From a virus (Duplodnaviria > Heunggongvirae > Uroviricota > Caudoviricetes), in the IMG/VR virus record IMGVR_UViG_3300026097_000001: a stretch of 64,000 nucleotides of DNA; one strand, written 5' to 3'. How positions within the stretch are numbered: the stretch's first letter is position 1; each line of letters begins with the position of its first letter. Below the pieces are notes generated by a model. That model was not told the DNA's origin and searched no databases. It worked only from the letters and a program-made list of their open reading frames with translations. Positions 29,996-39,710 of this stretch are shown one piece after another. Position numbers and translations under genes: made by a program.

Positions 29996-30755
29996 CTTCT
30001 ACGATAGGTTTGTAGAACTAAAGAGGTATACCGATAGAGTTGGATCCATATACGGAACAGAAGACTTTTCGGTATACCTCTATTCTATGATTAAAATGAT
30101 GAAACCCGAGATCGTTGTTGAACTAGGAACAGGCCTCGGTTCTGCTATGTTATGGTCAGGCCTTGCTCTCGAGGAGAATAAGTTTGGTACGATACATACG
30201 GTAGATGACGGTAGTGAATGGTATCGCCTTAAGACTGCAAAGAATGCAATGGGTGATCATTATCGTGATGATTATAATGATTTCATAACGGATTTAATTC
30301 AGAAGTACGAGGTACAGGATCGAGTACACTTTTTAAACCAAAGGATCGATGTATTGGATCTAAAGAACATCGATATACTCTTTTCTGATTTTGCTCACGG
30401 AGTCTTTGACGTAACAAAATTATTAGTTGATTATATTCCAAAGATGAACGACCATTCTAAAATATATATTGATAGCGCAAGTACTCATTATTCTTCTTAC
30501 ATGGCAATTAATCGTATAGTCGATATATTAAACAGTGGAAGAATACCTAGAACGTTTTACGAAGTATTTGAAAGCAAAAATAATTTACAAAAAGAATACA
30601 ATATTGAAAATTTAAAACAAAAAGTCGAGAATACAACGTTTAGTGTAGAACATATGGTCGAAAATAAAGACAGAGACCAAAACAGTACATGTTGTATTAC
30701 TCTTACACCAATTGATATTTTTCCCTATCCAAGGAAGAATATAAGATCATTATAA
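29985..30755 (+). CDS. Class I SAM-dependent methyltransferase
   Basis: IVVELGTGLGSA glycine-rich motif, IHTVDD, DILFSD. ATG at 29985. Confidence 0.72.
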   Translation: MKNNFYDRFVELKRYTDRVGSIYGTEDFSVYLYSMIKMMKPEIVVELGTGLGSAMLWSGLALEENKFGTIHTVDDGSEWYRLKTAKNAMGDHYRDDYNDFITDLIQKYEVQDRVHFLNQRIDVLDLKNIDILFSDFAHGVFDVTKLLVDYIPKMNDHSKIYIDSASTHYSSYMAINRIVDILNSGRIPRTFYEVFESKNNLQKEYNIENLKQKVENTTFSVEHMVENKDRDQNSTCCITLTPIDIFPYPRKNIRSL

Positions 30756-30756
30756 T

Positions 30757-30764
30757 TATAAATA
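30757..30764 (+). promoter_or_regulatory. T4-type late promoter
   Basis: Exact TATAAATA upstream of 30808. Confidence 0.7.
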
Positions 30765-30807
30765 CCTTGAGAAACTCTTATTCAAACTATAACACCCGGA
30801 GGAAAAA

Positions 30808-31143
30808 ATGGCTGTAATAGAATATATGCTTCACAGAATTAATGGAAGTGCACGCGCTGAAATACCAGGTTGGGTCGGCGATCGTGGTCACTGGTTCAAC
30901 CCAGCGGACAACACATACATTGGTTGGGTAGACGACGTTCGTGATTACTACGTACCCGACACGGTTACATCTTTCACAAAAGCTGAGTTCGTAACGCGTC
31001 TACTTACAATGCATGGAACAACACCGTTTCAGAATATGAACAACGAGGATCCTGATGTGGCTCCAACGAATATGACTGATGCTGAAGTGACTACGATGGC
31101 TGAAACCTGGTACGACGATTTTGTAGCTAAGAACGGTAGCTAA
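30808..31143 (+). CDS. Hypothetical protein, 111 aa
   Basis: Strong GGAGG RBS and a late promoter upstream. Confidence 0.7.
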   Translation: MAVIEYMLHRINGSARAEIPGWVGDRGHWFNPADNTYIGWVDDVRDYYVPDTVTSFTKAEFVTRLLTMHGTTPFQNMNNEDPDVAPTNMTDAEVTTMAETWYDDFVAKNGS

Positions 31144-31145
31144 TC

Positions 31146-31274
31146 ATGGAATTAATTCTTGCAAAAAAGATTGAGGACCTTGACTTCGATGAGTTACTCG
31201 AGGTCCTACGAAAATTTGAGATGGAAGACCGTGATGCGTTTAATCTTTTACAAGAGTTAGTTGAAGACGTTTAA
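31146..31274 (+). CDS. Small acidic protein, 42 aa (not in the ORF track)
   Basis: MELILAKKIEDLDFDELLEVLRKFEMEDRDAFNLLQELVEDV starts 2 bp after the previous stop and fills the gap. Confidence 0.55.
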   Translation: MELILAKKIEDLDFDELLEVLRKFEMEDRDAFNLLQELVEDV

Positions 31275-31292
31275 TAAAAAGGATAACCCTTC

Positions 31293-32279
31293 ATGGCAAC
31301 TGAGATTAAATTTAACGCTGATGGTACAATTAACTTCGGTGACTACACTCTTACCTTTACTGACGAAGGGTTTGAGTTCGACGGGGCTATTCTAGCGACT
31401 GAGTATGAGCAGAGATACTCGACCCAAGGTTCAACGAGTGGTTATACTTCAGGTGGTGATGCGCCTGGTGATGTAAATACCATCGATAAGTTTCCTTTCG
31501 CTGCTGATGCCAATGCAACGGACGTCGGCGATTTGACTCAGGCAAGAGAGCGGCCAACAGGTCAATCTAGCTCAACATCAGGATACACGTCCGGTGGCGC
31601 TAGGCCTGCGGTTAATATAATTGACAAGTTTCCTTTTGCTGCCGACGCAAATGCAACTGATGTTGGCGATTTGACGCAGGGAAGATATGGTTTGGCTGGC
31701 CAATCTAGCTCAGAAAATGGTTATACTTCTGGTGGAGGGTACCCAACTTCAAACATTATTGACAAATTTCCTTTTGCAACAGACGCAAATGCAACGGACG
31801 TCGGGGATCTAACGCAAGGAAGGTACAATACTACCGGCCAGTCCAGCTCAGAAAATGGTTATACTTCCGGTGGAGGGTTAGGCCCTGCTTTTGACACGAT
31901 TGATAAATTTCCTTTTGCATCTGATGGAAATGCTACTGACGTGGGTAATTTAACTCAAGCAAGAAAAGCTTTGGCCGGAAATGGTCAACAAAGTGATGCG
32001 TCTGGATATACTTCAGGTGGTTGGACTCCACCTTTTAGGAATACAATTGACAAGTTTCCATTTGCAACTGATGCTAATGCAACCGACGTCGGCGACCTAA
32101 CACAAGCCCGATCGAGCGCAGCAGGCCAATCAAGTACTACATCTGGCTATGTTTCCGGGGGTAATGCGCCACCTAGTTCGAATGTAATTGATAAGTTTCC
32201 TTTTGCGTCTGATGGAAACGCAACGGATGTTGGTGATTTAACACAAGCAAGGGAATATGGAGCAGGTCATCAGGTATAA
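31293..32279 (+). CDS. Six-repeat putative beta-propeller protein, paralog 4
   Basis: Six repeats ending GHQV; N-terminal INFGDY segment resembles paralog 3. Confidence 0.75.
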   Translation: MATEIKFNADGTINFGDYTLTFTDEGFEFDGAILATEYEQRYSTQGSTSGYTSGGDAPGDVNTIDKFPFAADANATDVGDLTQARERPTGQSSSTSGYTSGGARPAVNIIDKFPFAADANATDVGDLTQGRYGLAGQSSSENGYTSGGGYPTSNIIDKFPFATDANATDVGDLTQGRYNTTGQSSSENGYTSGGGLGPAFDTIDKFPFASDGNATDVGNLTQARKALAGNGQQSDASGYTSGGWTPPFRNTIDKFPFATDANATDVGDLTQARSSAAGQSSTTSGYVSGGNAPPSSNVIDKFPFASDGNATDVGDLTQAREYGAGHQV

Positions 32280-32322
32280 CCAATGAATGTTTTCAAGATA
32301 TCACACAAGAAAGTATAGATAG

Positions 32323-33237
32323 ATGGCAATAAGAATTACTCAGGATAAGATATCAAGTGTAACGGTTACTCCACCGCCTTCAGTACAGGGAAGTATAAGC
32401 GGTTACTCTTCGGGAGGCAATCCTGGAAACGTTAACACAATTGAAAAGTTTTCTTTTTCTTCTGACGGCAATGCGACTGACGTTGGCGATCTCGTATTAG
32501 GTGGAAGATATGCAGCAGGGCAATCGAGCTCGGTATCTGGTTATATGTCAGGCGGTAATGGGCCTCCTTTAATGTCAAGTACAATCCAAAAATTTCCATT
32601 TGCGGTTGATGGTAATGGAACAGATGTTGGGGATTTATCGCAGGCAAGGAATCAAGCATCTGGGCAAATGTCTGGTGCATCTGGGTATAGCTCAGGTGGA
32701 ACCGGGCCAGGGTCGCTCAACACGATTGATAAGTTTCCATTTGCTACTGACACGAATGCTACCGATGTCGGCGATCTAGTGGCGCCAGTAAGATTTAATT
32801 CCGGTCAATCTTCCACAGAATCTGGTTATTCATCAGGTGGATATAATGGCCCCGTTCAAAATGTAATTCAAAAATTTCCATTTGCTTCTGATGCAAATGC
32901 GACTGATGTTGGAGATTTAACACAGGCAAGAGGGTCTCTAGGAGGGCAATCATCATCTGAGAACGGTTATTCCACGGGCGGGACTCCTGCCGGCATAAAC
33001 ACTATTGATAAGTTTCCATTCGCAACGGATGCAAATGCAACGGATGTTGGCAACCTAACACAGGGTAGAGGTTTTACCACGGGCCAGTCTAGCACAGAAT
33101 CTGGATACACAACTGGTGGATGGCAGCCGGGCCTATCTAACGTAATAGATAAGTTTCCTTTTGCCTCTGATGCAAATGCAACCGACGTCGGTGACATGAC
33201 GCAGGGTGTGTATGGTCCTACCGGTAATCAACATTAA
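32323..33237 (+). CDS. Six-repeat putative beta-propeller protein, paralog 5
   Basis: Six repeats and a short N-terminus, ending GNQH. Confidence 0.75.
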   Translation: MAIRITQDKISSVTVTPPPSVQGSISGYSSGGNPGNVNTIEKFSFSSDGNATDVGDLVLGGRYAAGQSSSVSGYMSGGNGPPLMSSTIQKFPFAVDGNGTDVGDLSQARNQASGQMSGASGYSSGGTGPGSLNTIDKFPFATDTNATDVGDLVAPVRFNSGQSSTESGYSSGGYNGPVQNVIQKFPFASDANATDVGDLTQARGSLGGQSSSENGYSTGGTPAGINTIDKFPFATDANATDVGNLTQGRGFTTGQSSTESGYTTGGWQPGLSNVIDKFPFASDANATDVGDMTQGVYGPTGNQH

Positions 33238-34227
33238 ATGGCATGGTTCGTTAAAGGTGTAGAAGTCGTAGACGATGCCGCTATCATCTCTACAGACAAG
33301 ACTAAGTTCGTAATGAACGATCACCTAAAAGTGTTTGAAGTACCTCCGTCTCAAGCACAGGGATCCGTGTCTGGTTATACTTCCGGTGGATATGTTCCAG
33401 GATCCACGCTCAACACGGTTCAAAAGTTTCCTTTTGCTTCTGATGCAAACTCAACTGACGTTGGTGATTTATCTCAGGCAAGAACATATGCGTCGGGCCA
33501 GTCATCTTCAACGCACGGTTATACATCGGGCGGTCTTGCCCCTCCTCACCAGTCTCGAATTGATAAGTTTCCTTTTGCTTCTGACGGTAACGCTTCTCTC
33601 GTAGGTGGTTTGTCTGACTCAAGGTCTCTCTTAGCTGGTCATACAAGCACGACAGCAGGATATGCGTCGGGTGGTTTTGACACTGAGGCTCCTACTGGAA
33701 AAACTGTTATTGATAAGTTTTTGTTTGCGTCTGATGGAGACGGTGGAACAAACATTGGTGATCTAACTCAGGCAAGACAAGGCGTCGCAGGGCAGTCGAG
33801 TGTAGATTTTGGATATACGTCCGGTGGTTTTAATCCACCAAACTATTTTAATACGATAGATAAGTTTCCTTTTGCTACTGATGCGAGTGCAACGGATGTT
33901 GGAGATCTAACTCAAGCGAGATATATCGCGTCTGGACAGAACAGTAATGAATCTGGTTACACATCGGGCGGTAACGCTCCACCATATGTAGATACGATAG
34001 ATAAGTTTCCATTCGCAACTGATACAAACGCAACGGACGTTGGCGATCTAACCGATGCGAGAGGATACTCGGCAGGTCAATCGAGCACGAGTTCTGGATA
34101 TACAGCAGCTGGATTTTCTACCATTACGAATACGATAGATAAGTTTCCTTTTGCGGCCGATGCAAATGCAACTGACGTCGGGGACCTATTACAAAGTATC
34201 TACGGTCCAACGGGTCAACAAGTATAA
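33238..34227 (+). CDS. Six-repeat putative beta-propeller protein, paralog 6
   Basis: Six repeats ending GQQV; N-terminus resembles paralog 9. Confidence 0.75.
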   Translation: MAWFVKGVEVVDDAAIISTDKTKFVMNDHLKVFEVPPSQAQGSVSGYTSGGYVPGSTLNTVQKFPFASDANSTDVGDLSQARTYASGQSSSTHGYTSGGLAPPHQSRIDKFPFASDGNASLVGGLSDSRSLLAGHTSTTAGYASGGFDTEAPTGKTVIDKFLFASDGDGGTNIGDLTQARQGVAGQSSVDFGYTSGGFNPPNYFNTIDKFPFATDASATDVGDLTQARYIASGQNSNESGYTSGGNAPPYVDTIDKFPFATDTNATDVGDLTDARGYSAGQSSTSSGYTAAGFSTITNTIDKFPFAADANATDVGDLLQSIYGPTGQQV

Positions 34228-35351
34228 ATAGACTAAACAAAGTAGGATTTATTCATGCCAGTCGACATAACAGAAAACTTCTTCTTTACAGAGTATTCCG
34301 ACGGAGTCTACTTTAACGGTAAGGCAACCGCAACTGCATTTAATTTACCAGCACCGCCAGATCCTACACAAGCACAGGGTACTACGAGTGGGTACACTGC
34401 CGGGGGGGCTGGTCCATCAGGTAGAGTAAATACGATTCAAAAGTTTTCTTTATCGTCTGACGGCAACGCAACCGACGTTGGTGATCTGACCGGTACTCGG
34501 TCAGGTGTTACTGGAAATTCAAGTGATGTATCCGGTTATGCGAATGGAGGCTCGTTTTTTCCACCTGTTCAATATTTTAATATAATTGAAAAATACCCAT
34601 TTGCTTCTGACGGTAACGCATCTGATGTAGGAGATTTAACAGTAGCAAGGCAGGAGGCCTCGGGCCAAATTAGTACGACGTCGGGCTATGTTTCAGGTGG
34701 TTTTTCTCCACCTCAAGTGAATACTATTGATAAGTTTCCATTTGCGACCGATACAAATGCAACAGACGTAGGTGATCTGTTGGAAATAAAAAATCGTGCA
34801 GCTGGACAATCAAGCACCTCAGATGGGTACGTTTCTGGCGGCAACCCCGAGGTTAATGTAATTCAAAAGTTTCCTTTTGCTGCCGATGTTAATGCGACGG
34901 ACGTCGGCGATTTAACACAGGCAAACATAGGCCCAACTGGAAATTCAAGTGATGTATCTGGCTATAGCGCAGGCGGATTTATACCAACCGGCGTTGTTAA
35001 TACGATTGACAAGTTTCCATTTGCGTCTGATGCAAATGCAACGGATGTTGGTGATTTGACACAGGCCAGAAACCTGGCGGCAGGTGTATCAAGTAATGCG
35101 TCTGGGTACGTTGCAGGCGGATTTGAACCTGTGTCAACAAGAGCAAATGCAATAGATAAGTACCCTTTTGCTTCTGATGCAAACGCAACTGATGTTGGCG
35201 ATCTAATAGTAGGAAACACGACATCTGGTTCTGGCGCTCAGGTATAAATAGACTAAACAAAGTAGGATTTATTCATGCCAGTCGATATAACAGAAAACTT
35301 CTTCTTTACAGAGTATTCCGACGGAGTCTACTTTAACGGTAAGGCGACCGC
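34222..35351 (+). repeat. ~110-bp direct repeat (34222-34331 and 35242-35351)
   Basis: The copies differ at two positions and cover a stop codon, TATAAATA, the RBS region and the first ~25 codons of paralogs 7 and 8. Confidence 0.9.
34255..35247 (+). CDS. Six-repeat putative beta-propeller protein, paralog 7
   Basis: Six repeats ending GAQV. Confidence 0.75.
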   Translation: MPVDITENFFFTEYSDGVYFNGKATATAFNLPAPPDPTQAQGTTSGYTAGGAGPSGRVNTIQKFSLSSDGNATDVGDLTGTRSGVTGNSSDVSGYANGGSFFPPVQYFNIIEKYPFASDGNASDVGDLTVARQEASGQISTTSGYVSGGFSPPQVNTIDKFPFATDTNATDVGDLLEIKNRAAGQSSTSDGYVSGGNPEVNVIQKFPFAADVNATDVGDLTQANIGPTGNSSDVSGYSAGGFIPTGVVNTIDKFPFASDANATDVGDLTQARNLAAGVSSNASGYVAGGFEPVSTRANAIDKYPFASDANATDVGDLIVGNTTSGSGAQV

Positions 35352-35520
35352 GGATGCGTTTAATGCGCCAACTCCAGTTCCAAACTCTTACGGAGTAACA
35401 TCAGGTTATGTTAGTTCACCCAATACGATTCAAAAGTTCTCATTTGCTTCTGACGGAAACGCAACCAGCGTTGGTAATCTCCTACAGGCCACGACAACCA
35501 GGGCAGGACATCAGGTATAA
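35275..35520 (+). CDS. Single-repeat paralog 8 (internally deleted copy of paralog 7; possibly a pseudogene)
   Basis: N-terminus identical to paralog 7, a single repeat (IQKFSFASDGNATSVGNL) and the normal GHQV-stop end. Confidence 0.65.
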   Translation: MPVDITENFFFTEYSDGVYFNGKATADAFNAPTPVPNSYGVTSGYVSSPNTIQKFSFASDGNATSVGNLLQATTTRAGHQV

Positions 35521-35550
35521 ATAATCTTGTGAAACAACGAAAGCTATATT

Positions 35551-36381
35551 ATGAAACGATTAAACTTTTGTGGCGGTCTACCTCGAACAGGGTCGACCGT
35601 CCTAATGAATCTATTACAGCAGAACCCTGAAGTATTTACGACAGCGACCGACGTCTTTCCACAGATACTCAGCGAACAGATCCTTATTAAATCGAGATAC
35701 TCTGAATCCTTTCAAGCGATGAGCTGTGAACAGGCCGATGATGCCGTCTATGGTATGGCAATTGGAGCTACTCGCGGTTGGTACGAAGGTATCACAGATA
35801 AACCAACCGTGATATCAAAATCAAGACACTGGTCGGGTCTGCATCATTTATTTCCGAACGCAAAGATCCTCGTTACTGTTCGAGATCTTAGAGATATCGT
35901 AGAAAGTTTTGATCGAGTCAACGATAAGATAAAGGCTCTACATACCTTTGGCGACGACCATACTCTATACGGTTCTATGTCTGAAACAGAGAAGTACGCG
36001 TATCACTTCCAGGAAACAAACTCTTTCTCGGCTACGCTAAGACACGAGATACCAAAGTATGTCGATCTATTTCAACAGGATCCGTCAAGAGTAAAGTTTA
36101 TTCGTTATGAGGACCTTCTTCGAGATCCAAACTATATGTTAAAGCGTATATATGATTTCCTTGGTCTACAACCGTTCGATCACGATTTAAATAATATCCA
36201 ACAGTCACATATGTTTGAACACGATAATGCGTACTTCCGAGAAAAGACAGATCATCATACGAAACCTACACTTATGCCATGGAAAGAACCAACAAGAAAG
36301 CTATCAGAAGGTTTTCATAAGAGAGTCGTCGAAGAAAACCCGTGGTTCTACCGCTCTTTTTATCCAGATGTCGTAGGATAA
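35551..36381 (+). CDS. Sulfotransferase family protein
   Basis: GLPRTGST PAPS-binding loop, RDLRDIVES, IRYEDL..DP. Confidence 0.85.
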   Translation: MKRLNFCGGLPRTGSTVLMNLLQQNPEVFTTATDVFPQILSEQILIKSRYSESFQAMSCEQADDAVYGMAIGATRGWYEGITDKPTVISKSRHWSGLHHLFPNAKILVTVRDLRDIVESFDRVNDKIKALHTFGDDHTLYGSMSETEKYAYHFQETNSFSATLRHEIPKYVDLFQQDPSRVKFIRYEDLLRDPNYMLKRIYDFLGLQPFDHDLNNIQQSHMFEHDNAYFREKTDHHTKPTLMPWKEPTRKLSEGFHKRVVEENPWFYRSFYPDVVG

Positions 36382-36411
36382 ATAAACTATATTGAACAAG
36401 GAGTCTATACT

Positions 36412-37437
36412 ATGAAAAGAATTTTGATTACTGGCGGAGCTGGATTTATTGCTCACCACCTCGTAAATAAAGTGTTAAAAGAGACAGACTGGGAAGTAGT
36501 TACACTCGATAGATTGGATTACAGTGGAAATCTAAATCGCTTAAATGATGCTCTACAAGAGTTTGATGACGAAACGAAAAAGCGAGTAAAGGTTGTATTC
36601 CACGATCTGAAAGCAGAGCTCAATCCACTTATTCGCGCCGAAATAGGAAAGGTAGATTACATTGCTCACCTTGCGGCAGGATCCCATGTTGACCGTTCGA
36701 TCGAGTACCCGATGGAATTTGTCCTTGACAACGTCGTAGGAACCTGTAATATATTGGAGTTCGCAAAGGCTCAGAAGGACAACCTCGAAAGATTTATCTA
36801 CTTCAGTACAGACGAAGTCTTTGGTCCTGCACCGGATGGCATTAAGTATAAAGAGAACGATAGATACAATTCAACGAATCCATACAGCGCATCAAAGGCA
36901 GGTGGAGAAGAACTCGCGGTTGCATATGAAAACACATACGGTCTTCCAATCTACATTACTCATACTATGAACGTATTCGGTGAGAGACAGCATCCTGAGA
37001 AATACATTCCTATGTGTATTAAGAGAGCAAGAGACGGTGAAAAGATTACTATCCATAGTGACCACACAAAGACCGTTGCCGGATCGAGACATTACATTCA
37101 CGCCGAAGACGTGGCCGATGCAGTTCATTTTCTCCTTGACAAAGACGTAACAGAATTAGAATGGGGTGGAGCAAAGTGTCCTAAGTTTAATATCGTTGGC
37201 GCTGAAGAGATTGATAACTACGAACTCGCAAAGATCATTGCAGAGGCACAGGGTAAAGAATTGAACTACGAATTCGTTGATTTCCACTCGAGTCGACCAG
37301 GTCACGATCTTCGTTATGCGTTGGACGGTAGTAAGATGGCAGAGATGGGATGGGTTCCATCGAAAACAGTGCGTGAAAGAATCTCAGAAGTTGTTGATTG
37401 GACTCTTAAAAATGATAGATGGCTCGTTTCAGAGTAA
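36412..37437 (+). CDS. NAD-dependent epimerase/dehydratase, dTDP-glucose 4,6-dehydratase-like
   Basis: ILITGGAGFIA, HLAAGSHVDRSI, STDEVFG, YSASK, RPGHDLRYA. Confidence 0.88.
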   Translation: MKRILITGGAGFIAHHLVNKVLKETDWEVVTLDRLDYSGNLNRLNDALQEFDDETKKRVKVVFHDLKAELNPLIRAEIGKVDYIAHLAAGSHVDRSIEYPMEFVLDNVVGTCNILEFAKAQKDNLERFIYFSTDEVFGPAPDGIKYKENDRYNSTNPYSASKAGGEELAVAYENTYGLPIYITHTMNVFGERQHPEKYIPMCIKRARDGEKITIHSDHTKTVAGSRHYIHAEDVADAVHFLLDKDVTELEWGGAKCPKFNIVGAEEIDNYELAKIIAEAQGKELNYEFVDFHSSRPGHDLRYALDGSKMAEMGWVPSKTVRERISEVVDWTLKNDRWLVSE

Positions 37438-37445
37438 AACTTTTT

Positions 37446-37453
37446 TATAAATA
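37446..37453 (+). promoter_or_regulatory. T4-type late promoter
   Basis: Exact TATAAATA upstream of 37481. Confidence 0.75.
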
Positions 37454-37480
37454 AAGGTAAAGGATTAATAGGTTTTTCAA

Positions 37481-37822
37481 ATGACGACTCAGGCTAATTT
37501 ATATGTAAATAAAGGTACTGATTTTTCAATAGACCTTGAGATAACCTATGAATTGAATGCCGGTGAAGTTTTTACTCTAGACAATCGAACTTTTCATTCG
37601 AGTTTTCGCAAACATTATTCTTCAGATCCTGTAGCAAATGCCGAAGTTACTGTCCTATCGACGGCAAATAACATTTTAGAGTTTGCTATACCTGCTGAGA
37701 GTACTGAAAACATCGATTCTGGAAACTATGTTTATGATATTATAATGGTCAACCCTTCGGGCGATAAAACAAAGATCCTCGAAGGGGTTTTAAAAATAGT
37801 ACCAACTGTAACGGTAACATAA
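37481..37822 (+). CDS. Small beta-sandwich virion structural protein
   Basis: ANLYVNKGTDFS...GNYVYDI.....G.KTKILEG...I.PTVT pattern of T4-like marine phage structural proteins; late promoter upstream. Confidence 0.6.
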   Translation: MTTQANLYVNKGTDFSIDLEITYELNAGEVFTLDNRTFHSSFRKHYSSDPVANAEVTVLSTANNILEFAIPAESTENIDSGNYVYDIIMVNPSGDKTKILEGVLKIVPTVTVT

Positions 37823-37824
37823 GC

Positions 37825-38043
37825 ATGATTTCAAATAGAGAAAAGATAAAAGTTTTTGTAAATCAACACTCTGGAGTGGTCACTCGATCCATCTTTGACC
37901 TAGCCGATGTTGATCTTGCTGACGCAGCAAATAATGAAATTTTAACTTACGACGCAGCAACGAATACGATAGTCCCAACGGACGCGTCCACTATTCTTTC
38001 GATTAGTGGAGACGATAACGTGATCGACGGCGGCAGTTATTAA
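37825..38043 (+). CDS. Small hypothetical structural protein
   Basis: 72 aa, LADVD......ILTYD and C-terminal IDGGSY; tightly packed with neighbours. Confidence 0.55.
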   Translation: MISNREKIKVFVNQHSGVVTRSIFDLADVDLADAANNEILTYDAATNTIVPTDASTILSISGDDNVIDGGSY

Positions 38044-38045
38044 AT

Positions 38046-38053
38046 TATAAATA
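38046..38053 (+). promoter_or_regulatory. T4-type late promoter
   Basis: Exact TATAAATA upstream of 38085. Confidence 0.75.
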
Positions 38054-38084
38054 AAAGAAAACAGAATAAGTTTAGGGTGTAAAA

Positions 38085-39707
38085 GTGGCTATAATCAAAC
38101 ATAGATTATCTAATGTAGTTGGCAAGGTACCAACTACAGACCAGCTCGTTTTAGGCGAATTGGCCGTCAATACATATGATGGTAATATCTTTACGAAAGT
38201 AGATCGTGAGGGTACTGAAGAAATAATTAAGTTCACTGGTACGAATCCTGTTAAGAACGTTTATTACGTTCAAAAGAACGGCAGCGATGCAAACAACGTA
38301 TTAGGGACTACATGGGACGACGCCTTCCTAACTATCGAAAGAGCGGTTGAAGAAGCAAATACAAGAGACGGCGAGCTTACTCTTATCGACGTAGGACCTG
38401 GTGAGTTTGAAACACAGGGTCATATCGACGTTCCGGATAACTGCCTTCTTCGTACCTGCCACAGATCTACTATCCTGAAACCAGAAGCAGGCTATGAAGA
38501 AAAGAACGTTCTTAGACTTGGATCCGGTTGTTTCGTAGAAGGATTCGTCTTTGAAGGTTGGAGACTCGACAGTCTGGACAACCCTACCGAAGGTTTCGCG
38601 GTATCGTTCAGACCAGGCGCGGTTATTCGTAGAACTCCATACGTTCACAAATGCGTTGTAAGAACTACTCCTTTCTGGGATACGATTGCTCCACCGCTCG
38701 ATAGAGACAATGCAAACCCTCTCATAGGTAGAGGCGCCGGTGTGATTATTGCTGATGGCGCAGTCTGTTCTCCATATAGTATCTATCCAAACATTATGGC
38801 ATGGGGTGCTACTCCTGTTTCTCATAACGGTATCGGCTACTGCGCAAAGAACGGCGCAATGATCAACGCGGTAAACGCGATTAGCCTTTGGGCTCACAAA
38901 CACTTCCTTGCACTCTCGGGCGGTCAGATCCTTCTCTCGGCATGTTCGACTCAGTTTGGCGACTTTACGATGGTCGCAAGCGGTACTCGTGATATCGTTT
39001 CTCCAACCGAAGTTGCTGAAGGTACACTTACAATTCAGACCGCGGCATACCAGGCGATCGATGCTGCAGCAAACACGATCATTGATGATATGTGGAGCGA
39101 TCTCGAGGATAACGGATTTACTTCTACTTGGGACGCGCAGGACGAGGAATTTACTCGTCGCGACGGTAGAAATTTCCTACAGTCAATGGAATGGGTTCTT
39201 CAAACAGCAAACGAAAAACCAATGCTTGACTTTGGTCGAGGCCTTTTTGATCTCGAAGGTGATAAGGCATACTCACTCGATAAGGAAGCAGCATTTATTC
39301 GGTCCTTTGAGTTTATGAGAGACGCAATGATAGCTCTTCCTGGAGTAAATGCTGCAGCGGATACGATCATTACAGCGCTCACGGCCGCGTTAATTAATAC
39401 AATAAACAATCCAACAAAGGTTTCAGAACCTTCGACTATCACGGCTATCGGTCATACCTGGAACTCAATTATGACCGGTGTTGCTCTTACTCGCATTCCG
39501 CCAGCAAGAAATAAGACGACGATAGAAGAAAGTATTTTGGAATTAAATAACGGAGTAGTTATTGCTTCTGGACAAGACGATCAAGGTTCTGCGCTATTCG
39601 TTGGCGGCATGAAGATTGACGCTGACACAGGGGAACTATCCGGACCACCATTCGATCAAGCAGTAAATAGAATTGCCACAAGAGCAGCAATCGCAAGGAG
39701 TTTTTAA
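38085..39707 (+). CDS. Virion structural/tailspike-like protein, cassette B gene 1
   Basis: N-terminal VP....L..GELAVNT.DG fibre-anchor motif; YYVQKNGSD....G...AFLTIERA; shares GSGC.V.GF.F....D..DNPT.GFA..FRPGA.I.R.PY with 17449-20571. Confidence 0.6.
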   Translation: MAIIKHRLSNVVGKVPTTDQLVLGELAVNTYDGNIFTKVDREGTEEIIKFTGTNPVKNVYYVQKNGSDANNVLGTTWDDAFLTIERAVEEANTRDGELTLIDVGPGEFETQGHIDVPDNCLLRTCHRSTILKPEAGYEEKNVLRLGSGCFVEGFVFEGWRLDSLDNPTEGFAVSFRPGAVIRRTPYVHKCVVRTTPFWDTIAPPLDRDNANPLIGRGAGVIIADGAVCSPYSIYPNIMAWGATPVSHNGIGYCAKNGAMINAVNAISLWAHKHFLALSGGQILLSACSTQFGDFTMVASGTRDIVSPTEVAEGTLTIQTAAYQAIDAAANTIIDDMWSDLEDNGFTSTWDAQDEEFTRRDGRNFLQSMEWVLQTANEKPMLDFGRGLFDLEGDKAYSLDKEAAFIRSFEFMRDAMIALPGVNAAADTIITALTAALINTINNPTKVSEPSTITAIGHTWNSIMTGVALTRIPPARNKTTIEESILELNNGVVIASGQDDQGSALFVGGMKIDADTGELSGPPFDQAVNRIATRAAIARSF

Positions 39708-39710
39708 ATA

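Noticed and set aside
23641-35520. Regularly recurring GATAAGTTTCCTTTTGC...GATGCAAATGCAACTGA units that look like a CRISPR array
   Set aside because: The units are in frame, vary at synonymous positions and encode the protein repeat; no cas genes are present.
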